A model generated the notes under the pieces. That model had not been told where the DNA came from. It did no database searches and saw only the letters and a list, made by a program, of their open reading frames with translations. A stretch of DNA of 30,972 bases, from NCBI GenBank assembly GCA_947572545.1, contig CANPCK010000008.1, forward strand, positions 1 through 30,972, read 5' to 3'. Positions 9,329 to 20,373 of this stretch are shown in pieces. Made by a program: the position numbers and the translations under genes. Origin of the DNA: an uncultured Clostridium sp. (GTDB lineage Bacteria > Bacillota > Clostridia > TANB77 > CAG-508). Each line of letters opens with the position of its first letter. Position 1 is the stretch's first letter.

Positions 9329-11223
9329 TTATTTCTTTGCTTCTTCTATAAAAAAAGTTTTTTCTATACTATTTACTATACCTTTTGTATCAAGTCCGTA
9401 TTTTTGCTCTATTTCTGCTACACTTCCATGTTTTATAAATTCATCTGGATAACCGAATTTTTTCAATTTTATACTACTATTTATATTTTCATCATTAATT
9501 ACTTCTTCTACAGCATCTCCTAGTCCACCTTGAACTATATTATCTTCTATAGTTATCACTTTTTTCGTTTTGGTAATAGTATTAAATATTACATCTTTGT
9601 CTATTGGTTTTAAAAATCTTGCATTTATTACTTCTATACTTTTTCCATTTTCTTCTAAAATATTTGCCACCTCTATTGCTCTTTCTACCATTTTCCCAAT
9701 TGCTATTATACTTAAATCATTTCCTGTTTTTAGTATTTCTGCCTGTCCTAATTTTATTTCCTGATGTGTATCAAATTTTATCTTTCCCTCTCCTCCTCTT
9801 GGATACCTAATAACCACAGGTTTATTAAGTTGTACTCCAAATTCTAACATATTTTCTAGTTCTTTGAAATCTTTTGGTGCCATTACTGTAATATTTGGTA
9901 TCATAGAGAAAAACGACAAATCAAATACTCCTTGGTGTGTTTCTCCATCATTTCCAACTACTCCTGCTCTATCAACACACATTACTACTCCAAGATTTTG
10001 TATACACACGTCATGTATCACTTGGTCAAACGCCCTTTGATAAAATGAAGAATATATTGGTACTACTGGTATAATTCCATTTTTTGCAAGTCCTGCAGCA
10101 AGTCCTATTGCATGTTGTTCTGCAATTCCTACATCAAAAGTTCTTTCTGGTAATTCTTTTGCAAAAGCTGTAAGTCCTGTTCCATCTTTCATTGCTGCTG
10201 TTATTGCAACTATTTTATCATTCATCCTTGCTATTTTTAATAGTTTATCCCCAAACACTTTTGAGTAATCTTTAACTGTTTCCTTTTTGCTTTCTCCTGT
10301 CTTTATATCAAAATTTGCTGCACTATGAAATTTATCTGGATTTTCTTCTGCTGGTTTATATCCTTTTCCTTTTTTAGTAACAACATGTATTAGTACTGGA
10401 CCTTCCATTGTTTTACTTGTTTTCAGAATATTTTCTAACTTTTCTATATCATGACCATCTACTGGTCCTAAATACTTAAATCCTATATCTTCAAAAAGCA
10501 TATTAGGTAATAGTAGCTGTTTTATACTATATTTTATCTTTCTAATAAATCTTATAATCCTATTTCCACCATTTGGAAGCATTGTTACTATTTTTTTCAC
10601 ATAATCACTGGATTTTTTATAGAATTTTCTAGTTCTTGCTTTACTTAAGAACATTGAAATTCCACCAACATTCTTAGATATACTCATTTCATTATCATTT
10701 AATATAACTATTAAATCAGTTTTCATAGCCCCTGCATGATTTAACGCTTCTAATGCCATTCCTCCTGTTAATGCTCCGATCTCCTATTACTGCAATTATA
10801 TGCTCTTTTTTTTCTTCTTTCTTTAAATCTCTTGCTATTGCCATTCCAAGCGCTGCTGATATAGATGTACTGCTATGCCCTGTATCAAAACTATCATATT
10901 CTGATTCTATTTGCTTAGGAAAACCTGCCATTCCTTCAAATTGTCTTAATGTTGGCATTTGTTCTTTTCTTCCTGTTAAAATTTTATGTACATAGCTTTG
11001 ATGTCCCACATCCCAAACTATTTTATCAAATGGTGTATCAAAAACACTATGTATTGCTATTGTTAATTCTACTACACCTAAATTAGATGCTAAATGTCCT
11101 CCTGTATTTGATACTGTATTTATTATTAACTCTCTAATATCTCCAGAAAGTTCTTTTTTTTCTTCTATTGTTAATTTTTTTAAATCTTCTGTACCGGTTA
11201 ACTTTGTCTAAAATTTTTGGCAT
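9329..11223 (-). CDS. dxs: 1-deoxy-D-xylulose-5-phosphate synthase; +1 at CGG on minus strand at 11194-11196 and 10776-10778
   Basis: 'MPKILDKVN|G|TEDLKKL...[44 protein letters not shown]...VIGD|G|[15 protein letters not shown]...[15 protein letters not shown]'. Confidence 0.97.
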
Positions 11224-11274
11224 CTTATCTTATTCCTTCCTCAAGCCAGTAATTAATTATAACAAGAATTATAC

Positions 11275-11310
11275 CATAAAAAAAGGACATATACAATGCC
11301 CTTTTTTTAT
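11275..11310 (-). terminator. Terminator between lexA and dxs
   Basis: AAAAAAGGACAT...ATGCCCTTTTTTT inverted repeat with G-U pairs. Confidence 0.55.
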
Positions 11311-11316
11311 CTAACT

Positions 11317-11974
11317 TTACATTTTTCTAAATACACCAGCTACTTTTCCAAGAATTTTGCAGTCTGGTACTATTATTGGGTCCATAGTTGAATTTTCTGG
11401 TTGAAGTCTAATATGATCTTTTTCTTTATAGAAAGTTTTTACTGTTGCCTCATCTTCTATTAAAGCAACAACGATCTCTCCATTATTTGCTGTATTTTGT
11501 TTTTTTATTAATATGTAATCTCCATCTAATATTCCAGCTTCTATCATGCTTTCTCCTCTTACTGTAAGCATAAAGCTTTCTGAATTACCAACAAAGTCTA
11601 TTGGTATTGGGAATGTATCTGTTACATTTTCTACTGCAAGAATTGGTGCCCCAGCTGTTATTTTTCCAATAACAGGTACTTCTACTAATTCTTTTGATGC
11701 ATAAAAGTCTTTTATGTTTTCTTGCTCCTTTTTTGCTTCTCCACCTTTTAATAATCTTAATGTTCTTCCTTTTTGACTTTCTTTTTTAATATATCCTTTT
11801 TGCTCTAATTTTGCTAAATATCCATGGACTGTTGCAGTAGATTTAAGTCCTACTGATTTTCCTATTTCTCTTACAGATGGTGCATATCCGCACTTCTGCT
11901 ATTTGTTTTTCAATACATTTTAGAATTGCTTTTTCTCTTTTATTTAGTTCGACTGTGCTTTTCTTTCTCCCCAA
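11317..11974 (-). CDS. lexA: LexA repressor; TTG start; +1 at CGG on minus strand at 11888-11890
   Basis: '[19 protein letters not shown]|G|[33 protein letters not shown]...[18 protein letters not shown]...[18 protein letters not shown]'; AAGGAGTGAT RBS. Confidence 0.95.
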
Positions 11975-11989
11975 AATTATCACTCCTTA

Positions 11990-12054
11990 AATTATTTGTT
12001 AAAATAATATCATAAAAACAAATAATTGTCAAACAAATTTTTGATGTTTGTTTG
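11990..12054. promoter_or_regulatory. Divergent lexA/flippase intergenic region with two inverted repeats, candidate operator(s)
   Basis: AATTATTTGTT(11990-12000)/AACAAATAATT(12017-12027) and CAAACAAA(12030-12037)/TTTGTTTG(12047-12054). Confidence 0.4.
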
Positions 12055-12097
12055 CTTTTCTTGACATATTATTTTTTATTTTTAATAAAATTATAGT

Positions 12098-13621
12098 ATG
12101 AATAGGATAAAACTTTTTTTATTTAACACAATAATTTTGACTGCCACTTCTCTTTTTATGAGTTGCATTAATATTTTCTTTGATATATATATTGCAAATA
12201 AGCTTGGCAGTGAAGGTGCACGGAATTTTTGAATTAATTATGTCTGTTTATACCTTTGCTATTACTTTTGCAAACTCAGGCATAAGCCTTGCTGCAACTA
12301 GAATTGTTGGAGAAGAACTTGATGGAAATAACGGAAGACGGTATAAAAGTTGCAATGAGAAAATGTATAGTATATAGCCTTTCTTTTGGCATTATTGCTT
12401 GCATTTTCTTCATTTTGTGTGCTCCTTACCTTTCTTCTGTACTACTACATGGAAAAATCACTTCTATGCCAATTTATGTGATGGCAATTGGACTTCCTTT
12501 TACCTCTCTTACGACTTCACTAAGTCGGATATTTTACAGGTGTTAGAAGAGTTTCAAAAACATCTTTTAGTAGAATTTTAACTATGATTATTCAAGTTGT
12601 TTTAACATGCTTTTTCTTATATGCTATGCCTTCTTCTGACCTAAATGTTGTTTGTACTTATTTAATGCTTGCAAGTGCGGTTTCATCATTATTTGAGTTT
12701 ATATTTACATATATTTTATATTTGATTGATAGAAGAAAGATCTCTAGTATTAATTCTCATTCTTCTACCAATTTCTTAAGAAAAATTTTGAGGATCGCTT
12801 TTCCTGTTGCAATTACTTCATACATTCGTTCTGGTCTTTCAACTTTGAAACAACTTCTAATCCCTTTTAGTTTAGAAAGGCATTCTTCCAATTGTGATGA
12901 AGCATTATCTCAATATGGACTTATTAATGGAATGACTATGCCAATTATTATGTTCCCTTGCATCATAATTACTTCTTGTGCTAATCTTCTAATTCCTGAA
13001 TTTGCAAGATATAACATAAAAAAAGATTTTAAGAGAATGAATCAAGTTATTGTGTTTATTTTTAAATTTACATCTTTTTTTAGTATTTGTGTAATTGGAA
13101 TATTTTTAACTTTTACAGAGGAACTATGCTATCTAATATATAATAATCTTGAGATTTCAGAATTTTTGCTTATTCTGTCTCCTTTGATTATTTTAATATA
13201 TCTAGATAAAATTATTGATGCTATGCTTAGAGGCCTTGATAAACAAGTTGGTGTTATGTTTTGCAATATTTTTGATTTGTTTATGACCATAATATTGATT
13301 TATACTATTGTTCCAATATATGGAATATATGGTTATTTAGCAATTATCGCTATTAGTGAAATACTGAATTTTACAATAAGTCTTATTCAATTATATAAAG
13401 TTACTAAATTTAAATTTGATTATGTTTCTTATGTAATTGTTCCAACACTACTGGTTTTTGCAACTAAGTTTTTGTTTGATAGTATTGATAGATATATTGA
13501 ATATGATATGGGTTTTGTGGTTTTTAAAATTTTAATCTTTGTTGCAATTTATATTGTTTTACTATTAAGCTTTAATATATTTAAGTTTGTTAAACAAAAA
13601 AGAGTTGTAATATTTAAGTAA
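12098..13621 (+). CDS. SpoVB/MurJ-like polysaccharide/lipid II flippase; +1 at CGG 12221-12223, 12339-12341, 12526-12528
   Basis: 'NKLGSEGA|G|IFELIMSVYTFAITFANSGISLAATRIVGEELDGNNGR|G|IKVAMRKC...TTSLS|G|YFTGVRRVSKTSFSRILTMIIQV'; 12+ TM polytopic protein. Confidence 0.93.
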
Positions 13622-13663
13622 TTTTAGGTGAAATTTAAGGAACGTCCCCAAATTTCACTCATA

Positions 13664-13698
13664 GAAAAAGCACTTCATCTGAAGTGCCTTTTTTATTG
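13664..13698 (+). terminator. Rho-independent terminator
   Basis: AAAAAGCACTTCATCTGAAGTGCCTTTTTT. Confidence 0.8.
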
Positions 13699-13715
13699 AA
13701 TAGGAAAAAATCGTA

Positions 13716-13743
13716 GATTTTGCTAACGTCCAATTTTCTTATT
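13716..13743 (-). repeat. 28-nt dispersed intergenic repeat, copy 2 (inverted)
   Basis: GATTTTGCTAACGTCCAATTTTCTTATT, reverse complement of 8149-8176. Confidence 0.85.
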
Positions 13744-13744
13744 A

Positions 13745-13996
13745 TTATCTTTTTGCTTTTATTTCTTCTAATGCTTTTGCTAATTGGTCTGGGCAAGATG
13801 TTCCTCTAATTCCACATGGTATTCCTTTTAAAAGCTCTATTACTTCTTCTATTTTTCTTCCTTCTACAAGTTTGCTAACTCCTATTGTGTTTCCTGGACA
13901 TCCACTTACTATTTTAACATTTTTTATTATATCTCCATCTAAGTCTATTATCATTTCACTTGAACATACACCTTGTGGCCTATATCTGTATTCCAT
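13745..13996 (-). CDS. TSCPD-domain protein (TIGR03905-like)
   Basis: 'YRPQGVCSSEMIIDLDGDIIKNVKIVSGCPGNTIGVSKLVEGR...GIRGTSCPDQLAKAL'. Confidence 0.9.
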   Translation of the reverse strand: MEYRYRPQGVCSSEMIIDLDGDIIKNVKIVSGCPGNTIGVSKLVEGRKIEEVIELLKGIPCGIRGTSCPDQLAKALEEIKAKR

Positions 13997-14028
13997 TACT
14001 TACTTCACCTTTTCCTTTTTTCCAACAA

Positions 14029-14694
14029 TTAGATTTCACGAGCAAATACTATAATTCTTGCACTATTATCATTGTCTGTACATGTAGAAAGTGTAACTTC
14101 TCTCTTTCCTGATGTATCTCTATTATAGAAAGTTGTATCTGTTGCTTTTGCTGTAAAGTTTCTATAAACTTCATATGTTATTTCTGTTCCACTCGCGTCT
14201 TTTATATAAATTTTATCTCCATTAGATAGTTTACTCAAGTTTGAGAAAAATAAACCGTTTTTATAATTATGTCCTTGTATAACTGTATTCCCTACTTCAT
14301 TTATTCCAGGTCCAGAAAGATATGCCAATGCAATTTTTAGTGATTTAACTGTTACTTTTGCAAGTATTGGATATTTTATATTTATTGCTGGAATTGACAT
14401 TGTTCCTACTACTTTATATCCTCCATATTCTGTAGTTATTCCTGATGGATTACCATATATAGAATTACCATTATTTCCATCTCCAAGTGTTACATTAGTA
14501 TCCACATCATCTGGTTTTGGAGTAACTACATTCCCTGTATTTTGCTCAAAATTGTCTATTACATCTTTTGCACTTGTGTTTATGTAGTATTTATTATATA
14601 TTGAATATCCAAAATATCCAATAATTCCAAGTATTGCAATTATTGCTACTATTAAAAGTACTGTAAGCAATGTATTAAATTTACTATTAAACAT
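14029..14694 (-). CDS. Class B/D-like sortase
   Basis: 'MSIPAINIKYPIL', 'VIQGHNY', 'VTLSTCTDNDNSARIIVFAREI' catalytic Cys/Arg; RBS before ATG 14694. Confidence 0.88.
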   Translation of the reverse strand: MFNSKFNTLLTVLLIVAIIAILGIIGYFGYSIYNKYYINTSAKDVIDNFEQNTGNVVTPKPDDVDTNVTLGDGNNGNSIYGNPSGITTEYGGYKVVGTMSIPAINIKYPILAKVTVKSLKIALAYLSGPGINEVGNTVIQGHNYKNGLFFSNLSKLSNGDKIYIKDASGTEITYEVYRNFTAKATDTTFYNRDTSGKREVTLSTCTDNDNSARIIVFAREI

Positions 14695-14788
14695 AAAAAT
14701 CCCTTCTTTCATTCTTCGGATTTTAACCATATATGTTTATTATAGCATATTTTTTTAGATTTGTACATGCTATTTTTTGCCTTATATG

Positions 14789-15124
14789 TTATAAAATTTT
14801 CTCTCCTAATTGTTTCCCTGCAAGTATATGGAAATGTAAGTGATTAACTGTTTGACCTGCATCTTTTCCGCAATTAGTTATCACTCTAAATCCTGTTTTA
14901 TCTATATTCTGTTGTTTTGCTATTTCTTGTATAGCATTTATTATATCTCCTGACATTTCTTTGTCTGCTTCCATGATTGTTGTTACATGTTTTTTTGGAA
15001 TTACAATTATATGAACTGGAGCTTGTGGATTTATATCATTAAATGCTAATACTTTTTCATTTTCATATACTATACTTCCAGGTATTTCTTTATTTATTAT
15101 TTTACAAAATATACAATCTTCCAT
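14789..15124 (-). CDS. HIT family protein
   Basis: 'DCIFCKIINKEIP' and 'QTVNHLHFHILAGKQL' HxHxH motif. Confidence 0.95.
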   Translation of the reverse strand: MEDCIFCKIINKEIPGSIVYENEKVLAFNDINPQAPVHIIVIPKKHVTTIMEADKEMSGDIINAIQEIAKQQNIDKTGFRVITNCGKDAGQTVNHLHFHILAGKQLGEKIL

Positions 15125-15139
15125 ATATTTTATCTCCTT

Positions 15140-16897
15140 TTATTTTATTAGGATAGCCTTAATACGTCTAACTCCTGCTGAAGATGCCTCTTCTTTCTTT
15201 ATTTTAAATGTTCCTAAAACTCCAGTATGAGTTACATGTGGTCCTCCACATATTTCTTTGCTAAATTCACCTATTGTATATACTTTAACTTTGTCTCCAT
15301 ATTTATTTTCAAATAATCCCATTGCTCCTGATTTTTTTGCTTCATCATAACTCATTTCTTGACATGTAACTGGTAAATCTTTTTGTATTTGATCATTTAC
15401 TATTTTTTCTACTTCTTCTAGTTCTTCTTTTGTTACTTTTTGTGGATGTGCAAAGTCAAATCTTAGTCTTTCTTGTGTTATATTTGAACCTTTTTGTGTT
15501 GCATGTTCTCCTAAAACTATTTGAAGTGCTTTGTGTAGTAAATGAGTTGCTGTGTGATAAGCAATTGTTTCTTCTGTTTGGTCTGCTAAGCCACCTTTAA
15601 ATTTTTGTTCTGATCCTAGTCTTGACTTTTCTTGATGCTCTTTAAATAATTTATCAAATGTTTCTAAATCTACTTTAAAGCTATTTTCACTTGCGATTTC
15701 TTTAGTAACTTCTGGTGGGAACCCATAAGTTTCATATAGCCTAAATACCGTTTCTGCTGAAAGTGTATCTAAACCTTTTTCTCTTAACTTATTCAATTCT
15801 TTTTGTAATTCTCTTTCTCCATTTTCTAACGTCTTTGCAAACTTGTCCCTTTCTGCTATTATTGTATTTACTATATTTTCTTTATTTTGAATAAGTTCTG
15901 GATACATTTCTTTTAATACTTCTATATTTAGGTTTATTAATTCTGGTAATAAACTTAAATCTATCTGTAGTTTATTTAGATGTCTTATCATTCTTCTTAT
16001 TAATCTTCTTAAAATATATCCTCTATCTATATTGCTTGGTTTTCCACCATCTGCAATTATCATCATACTAGATCTTAAATGTTCTGCAACTATTCTTCTG
16101 CTTTCTATACTATCATTTTTAGCAAGTTTTGCAAGTTCATCCATGATTGGCTTAAATATTTCTGTGTCAAATGGTGTTTCTTTTCCTTGTAATAGCATAT
16201 TCATTCTCTCTAATCCAAGTCCTGTATCTACATTTTTTTGTTTTAATTTTGTATATGTTCCATTCGAATTTTTGTAATATTCCATAAATACATTATTCCA
16301 AATTTCTACATATTTTCCACAACTGCATGAAGGGTCACATTTATCAGAACATGCTGGTTTTCCTGTATCATAAAATATCTCTGTATCTGGACCACATGGA
16401 CCTTCGTCTCCTGCTATCCACCAGTTATCATCTTTTCCAAAATAGTATATTCTTTCTTCTGGCATTCCTACTTCTTTCCAAATTCTTGCTGTTTCTTCAT
16501 CTCTTGGTGCATCATTATCTCCTGCAAAACATGTTACAGATAATTTTTCTATTGGAATATTAAGTTCTTTTGTTAAAAATTCTATACTATATCTTATAGA
16601 CTCATTTTTAAAATAGTCTCCTAAAGACCAGTTTCCAAGCATTTCAAAAAATGTTAAGTGCCTATTATCCCCAACTTCATCTATATCTACTGTTCTTAAA
16701 CATTTCTGATAGTCTGCAAGTCTTGTTCCTTCTGGATGTTTTTCTCCTAATAAGTAAGGTACAAGTGGATGCATACCAGCTGTTGTAAATAATACTGATG
16801 GGTCATTTTCTGGTATTAATGGAGCACTTGGTATAATTTTATGTCCCTTCTCTTTAAAATAGTTTAAAAATTTGTTTCTAATTTCTATTGCAGTCAT
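15140..16897 (-). CDS. alaS: Alanine--tRNA ligase, short form (585 aa)
   Basis: 'MTAIEIRNKFLNYFKEKGHKIIPSAPLIPENDPSVLFTTAGMHPLVPYLLG'; 'TATHLLHKAL'; 'CGGPHVTHTG'; no in-frame CGG and no frame break. Confidence 0.95.
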   Translation of the reverse strand: MTAIEIRNKFLNYFKEKGHKIIPSAPLIPENDPSVLFTTAGMHPLVPYLLGEKHPEGTRLADYQKCLRTVDIDEVGDNRHLTFFEMLGNWSLGDYFKNESIRYSIEFLTKELNIPIEKLSVTCFAGDNDAPRDEETARIWKEVGMPEERIYYFGKDDNWWIAGDEGPCGPDTEIFYDTGKPACSDKCDPSCSCGKYVEIWNNVFMEYYKNSNGTYTKLKQKNVDTGLGLERMNMLLQGKETPFDTEIFKPIMDELAKLAKNDSIESRRIVAEHLRSSMMIIADGGKPSNIDRGYILRRLIRRMIRHLNKLQIDLSLLPELINLNIEVLKEMYPELIQNKENIVNTIIAERDKFAKTLENGERELQKELNKLREKGLDTLSAETVFRLYETYGFPPEVTKEIASENSFKVDLETFDKLFKEHQEKSRLGSEQKFKGGLADQTEETIAYHTATHLLHKALQIVLGEHATQKGSNITQERLRFDFAHPQKVTKEELEEVEKIVNDQIQKDLPVTCQEMSYDEAKKSGAMGLFENKYGDKVKVYTIGEFSKEICGGPHVTHTGVLGTFKIKKEEASSAGVRRIKAILIK

Positions 16898-16914
16898 TTT
16901 ATTCCTCCTTGAAT

Positions 16915-17377
16915 TTAGTTGTTAGTAGATCCGAAGCCTCCTAAACGTTCTCCTTCTGCTTCATCTCCATCTACTACTAAAAATTTTTCAAATATTGCTT
17001 GTCCGAATGCATTCTCCTTTTTTTATTTCTATGTCTTCTTCTTTTATATTATAGAATGCAAACATAATATGTCCATCATTGTCAGGATTTCCATAATAAT
17101 CTGCATCTACAACTCCTATACTATTTGCAAGTATTAGTCCTTTCTTTTTTGGGTTTGAACTTCTATTGCATAATTTTAAATATTCATCTCCTTGCATATA
17201 TGCTTTTAATCCTGTTTTTACAAGTGTTGGATTCATTCCTTTTTTAAATGTTGGAATTACTATATCCTCTGCTGCTTCTATATCATATCCTGCTGAATAT
17301 TTTGTTTTACGTATTGGCATATTTATTCCTTTATCTTCAAATCCTTTTACAATTTCAAATCCTCTTATTCTTTCCAT
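16915..17377 (-). CDS. dut: dUTP diphosphatase; +1 at CGG on minus strand at 17003-17005
   Basis: 'KYSAGYDIEAAED', 'NRSSNPKKKGLILANSIGVVDADYYG', 'KKGECI|G|QAIFEKF...GERLGGFGSTNN'. Confidence 0.93.
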
Positions 17378-17510
17378 TTATTCTACCTCTTTTTCTATAA
17401 TTTTTTTAAAATTATATCACACAAGTAATAGAAAATCCAGTATTTTAAAGAATAAATTCTTTTCCATTTTATACATATTTATTGTTTTTTTTGAAATACT
17501 ACCTATTACT

Positions 17511-19220
17511 ATGAAAATTATAAATGATTTAATTAATTTAATAAAATATAAAGAGGCTCCTGATTATAATTTTATTTTACCTGATGCTGACGCTGATCAA
17601 GATAGTCAAGTAATAAATAATTCTTCTGAACTAGAGCCATTAGAAAAGGTTAATGAAAATGTTTATCCTTCCATTGATGTTAATTTAGAATATGTTAAAG
17701 TAAAATATAATACTTTAATTAATAGTGATATAAAAATTAGAAACTTTTACATCAATGCTAAGAATAAACAATATAGAGCGTTTTTATTATACATTGATGG
17801 AATGATTGATAGTAACTCAATTAATAAATTTGTTATAGAACCTCTTATGTTAAAAAACCGTTCTAATACAAGTAATGGTGAGGAAAGTATCATAAGTACT
17901 GCTGTAACCAATAATGCAATTGTAAGACGTATTAAAAGATTTAATCCTATTGATTATATCTCTGAATGTCTTGTACCTCAAAATGATGTTTCTACTTCTA
18001 ATAAATTTAAAGACATTTTTCAAAAAGTAAATGCTGGAATGTCAGCTCTTTTTGTTGATACTATTGATACAGTTTTTACTATTGATGCTAAAGGTTTTGA
18101 GAAACGCAGTGTTTCTCCTCCTCAAAACGAGATTATTATTCGTGGTCCTCAAGAAAGTTTTGTTGAGTCTATAAGGACTAATACAAGTCTTCTTAGGAGA
18201 CTTGTTAATAATGAAAATTTAATTATTGAGGACATGAGTGTTGGTACTGTGAGCTCTACTAAAATCCGGTGTATGTTATCTAAAAAATGTTGCTAATGAT
18301 GACTTAGTTGCAGAGGTTAAATATAGAATAAATAATTTAGGAATTGATTATTTGACTTCTTCTGGTCAATTAGAACATTTAATTGAAGATACAAATTATA
18401 GCCTTCCTCAACTTATATCTTCTGAAAGACCTGATAGAGTTTCTTCTTATATAATGGAAGGTAGAGTTGCAATATTAGTTAATGGAACTCCTTATGCTTT
18501 GGTTGCTCCTGGTATTCTTATTGATTACCTTTCTTCTCCAGAAGATAGGAATATAAAATATCAATTTTCTGATTTATTAAAATGCATTAGATTTTTTGCT
18601 TTGTTTTTAACTTTATTACTCCCTGGACTTTATGTTGCAACTACAACATTTCATCAAGAACTAATTCCTACTGAGTTTCTTTTTGCAATAATTGCTTCAA
18701 GGAATAATGTTCCTTTTCCAGTTATACTGGAAATTCTAATAATGGAAATTTCTCTTGAACTTATACGAGAATCCGGTGTAAGAGTTCCTGGTCCTTTAGG
18801 CCAAACTATTCGGTATCGTTCGGAGCTTTGATTTTAGGAGATGCAGCAGTTACTGCAAATATTGTTAGCCCTATACTTGTAATTGTTGTTGCAATTACTG
18901 GTATTACAGCTTTTGCTGTACCTGACTATTCTTTAAGTTTTCATGTTCGTTTGATGAGATTTTCGTATATTATTCTTGGATATTTTGCTGGCTTTTTAGG
19001 TATAGCTTTTGTGTTTGTACTACATTTATCAATGTTATCTAGTATAAATTCATTCGGAGTATCTTATTTAAGTCCATTTACTCCTGCTGCAAATTCTGAA
19101 GGTTATAACTATTTATTACCTCCTGCTTGGAAAAGAGAAAATAGACGAAGTTTCTTAAATACTAAGAGACAAAAAAGACAAGATGAAATTAGTAGAAAAT
19201 GGAAAAAAGGTGCTAAATAA
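17511..19220 (+). CDS. gerKA: Spore germination protein GerA/GerKA family; +1 at CGG 18267-18269, 18811-18813, 18821-18823
   Basis: 'FVESIRTNTSLLRRLVNNENLIIEDMSVGTVSSTKI|G|VCYLKNVAN...GPLGQTI|G|IV|G|ALILGDAAVTANIVSPILVIVVAITGI'. Confidence 0.95.
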
Positions 19221-19251
19221 GTCTATATTTTAAGAAAGGAATGTTTTAATT

Positions 19252-20373
19252 ATGAAAGAAAGAAAGCTTGGTACTTTTCAAGCAATTGCAATTGCAGTTA
19301 CTGTTATGATTTCTCACATAATATTAAATTTACCAAATCATTTAATAAGTGAAACTGGTCCTGCAACTATTCTAAATCTTATTTATGTATTTATAATTTC
19401 TCTTATTATATTGGGACTTGCTTTAAAAGTATTCAAGCTTTTTCCAAATAACGATATCATAGATATATGTGAATATGCTGCTGGTAAAAAAATAAAAAAT
19501 ATATTCAGTGCGTTAATTAGTATATATCTTCTAATACTTTGTGCATTTGTAATTAGAATTTTTTCAGAAAGTTTAGTACTTATTTATTTTCCAAATATAG
19601 ATTTAGAGATTGTAATATTAATTTTTATAATTATTACTGCTATGCTTAATTTATTTGGTTTTAAAGTAATTGCAAGAACTACAGCTATGATTCTTCCTAT
19701 TATTTTAATTGCCATGGTAGTTATTTTTATATCTTCTGCCTCTAAATTCATGCCTGAAAGAGCTTTACCTATTCTTGGATATGGAGCTTCTAAAACTTTT
19801 TTGACAGGGCTTCGGAAATATTTTTGCATTTAGTAGTAGTCTAATTTTTGGATTAATAGCACCTTTAATTGGTAATCGGTGAAAGATTAAAAAAAGTTCG
19901 GAATTATTTCATTAATTGTTTATGCAATTTATTTAATGCTTGGAATTATTGCCCTTTTATTTTTAATACCATCTATTACAGAAATTAATAATACTTTATC
20001 TATCTATATTTTAGCTAGAAATGTAAGTTTAGGAGATTTCATACAAAGTATTGATGCAATATTTATACTTATTTGGATAATGTCTATATTTAGTTATTTA
20101 GCTATTGTAACACATTTTGTATTAAAGTTTTTCAAGAAAATAACTAATATAAAAAGTGATTCTTCAATGATTTATTGCTTTTCAGCATTTTTATTTATAA
20201 TTGCTATGCTCCCTAAAAATATATCAGATACTACTTTTTTTGAAAGTACCTTTTATAAATATGCATCCATTATATTCGTTTTCTTTGTATGTCCTATAAT
20301 TTTATTATTTGCTTATATAAAGAAAAAACGTGAATTAAAGAAAGGAGAAAATAATCTTGAAAAAACGTCTTAG
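19252..20373 (+). CDS. gerKB: Spore germination protein GerB/GerKB family permease; +1 at CGG 19813-19815, 19877-19879, 19899-19901
   Basis: Endospore-germination permease-like, about 10 TM; joins 'FLTGL|G|NIFAFSSSLIFGLIAPLIGN|G|ERLKKV|G|IISLIVYAIYL'. Confidence 0.9.

Noticed and set aside
19877-19882. RF2-like programmed frameshift at CGG-UGA as the general explanation
   Set aside because: Only this site has an immediately following stop codon. The other sites have sense codons after CGG and no common stimulatory element that I could see.
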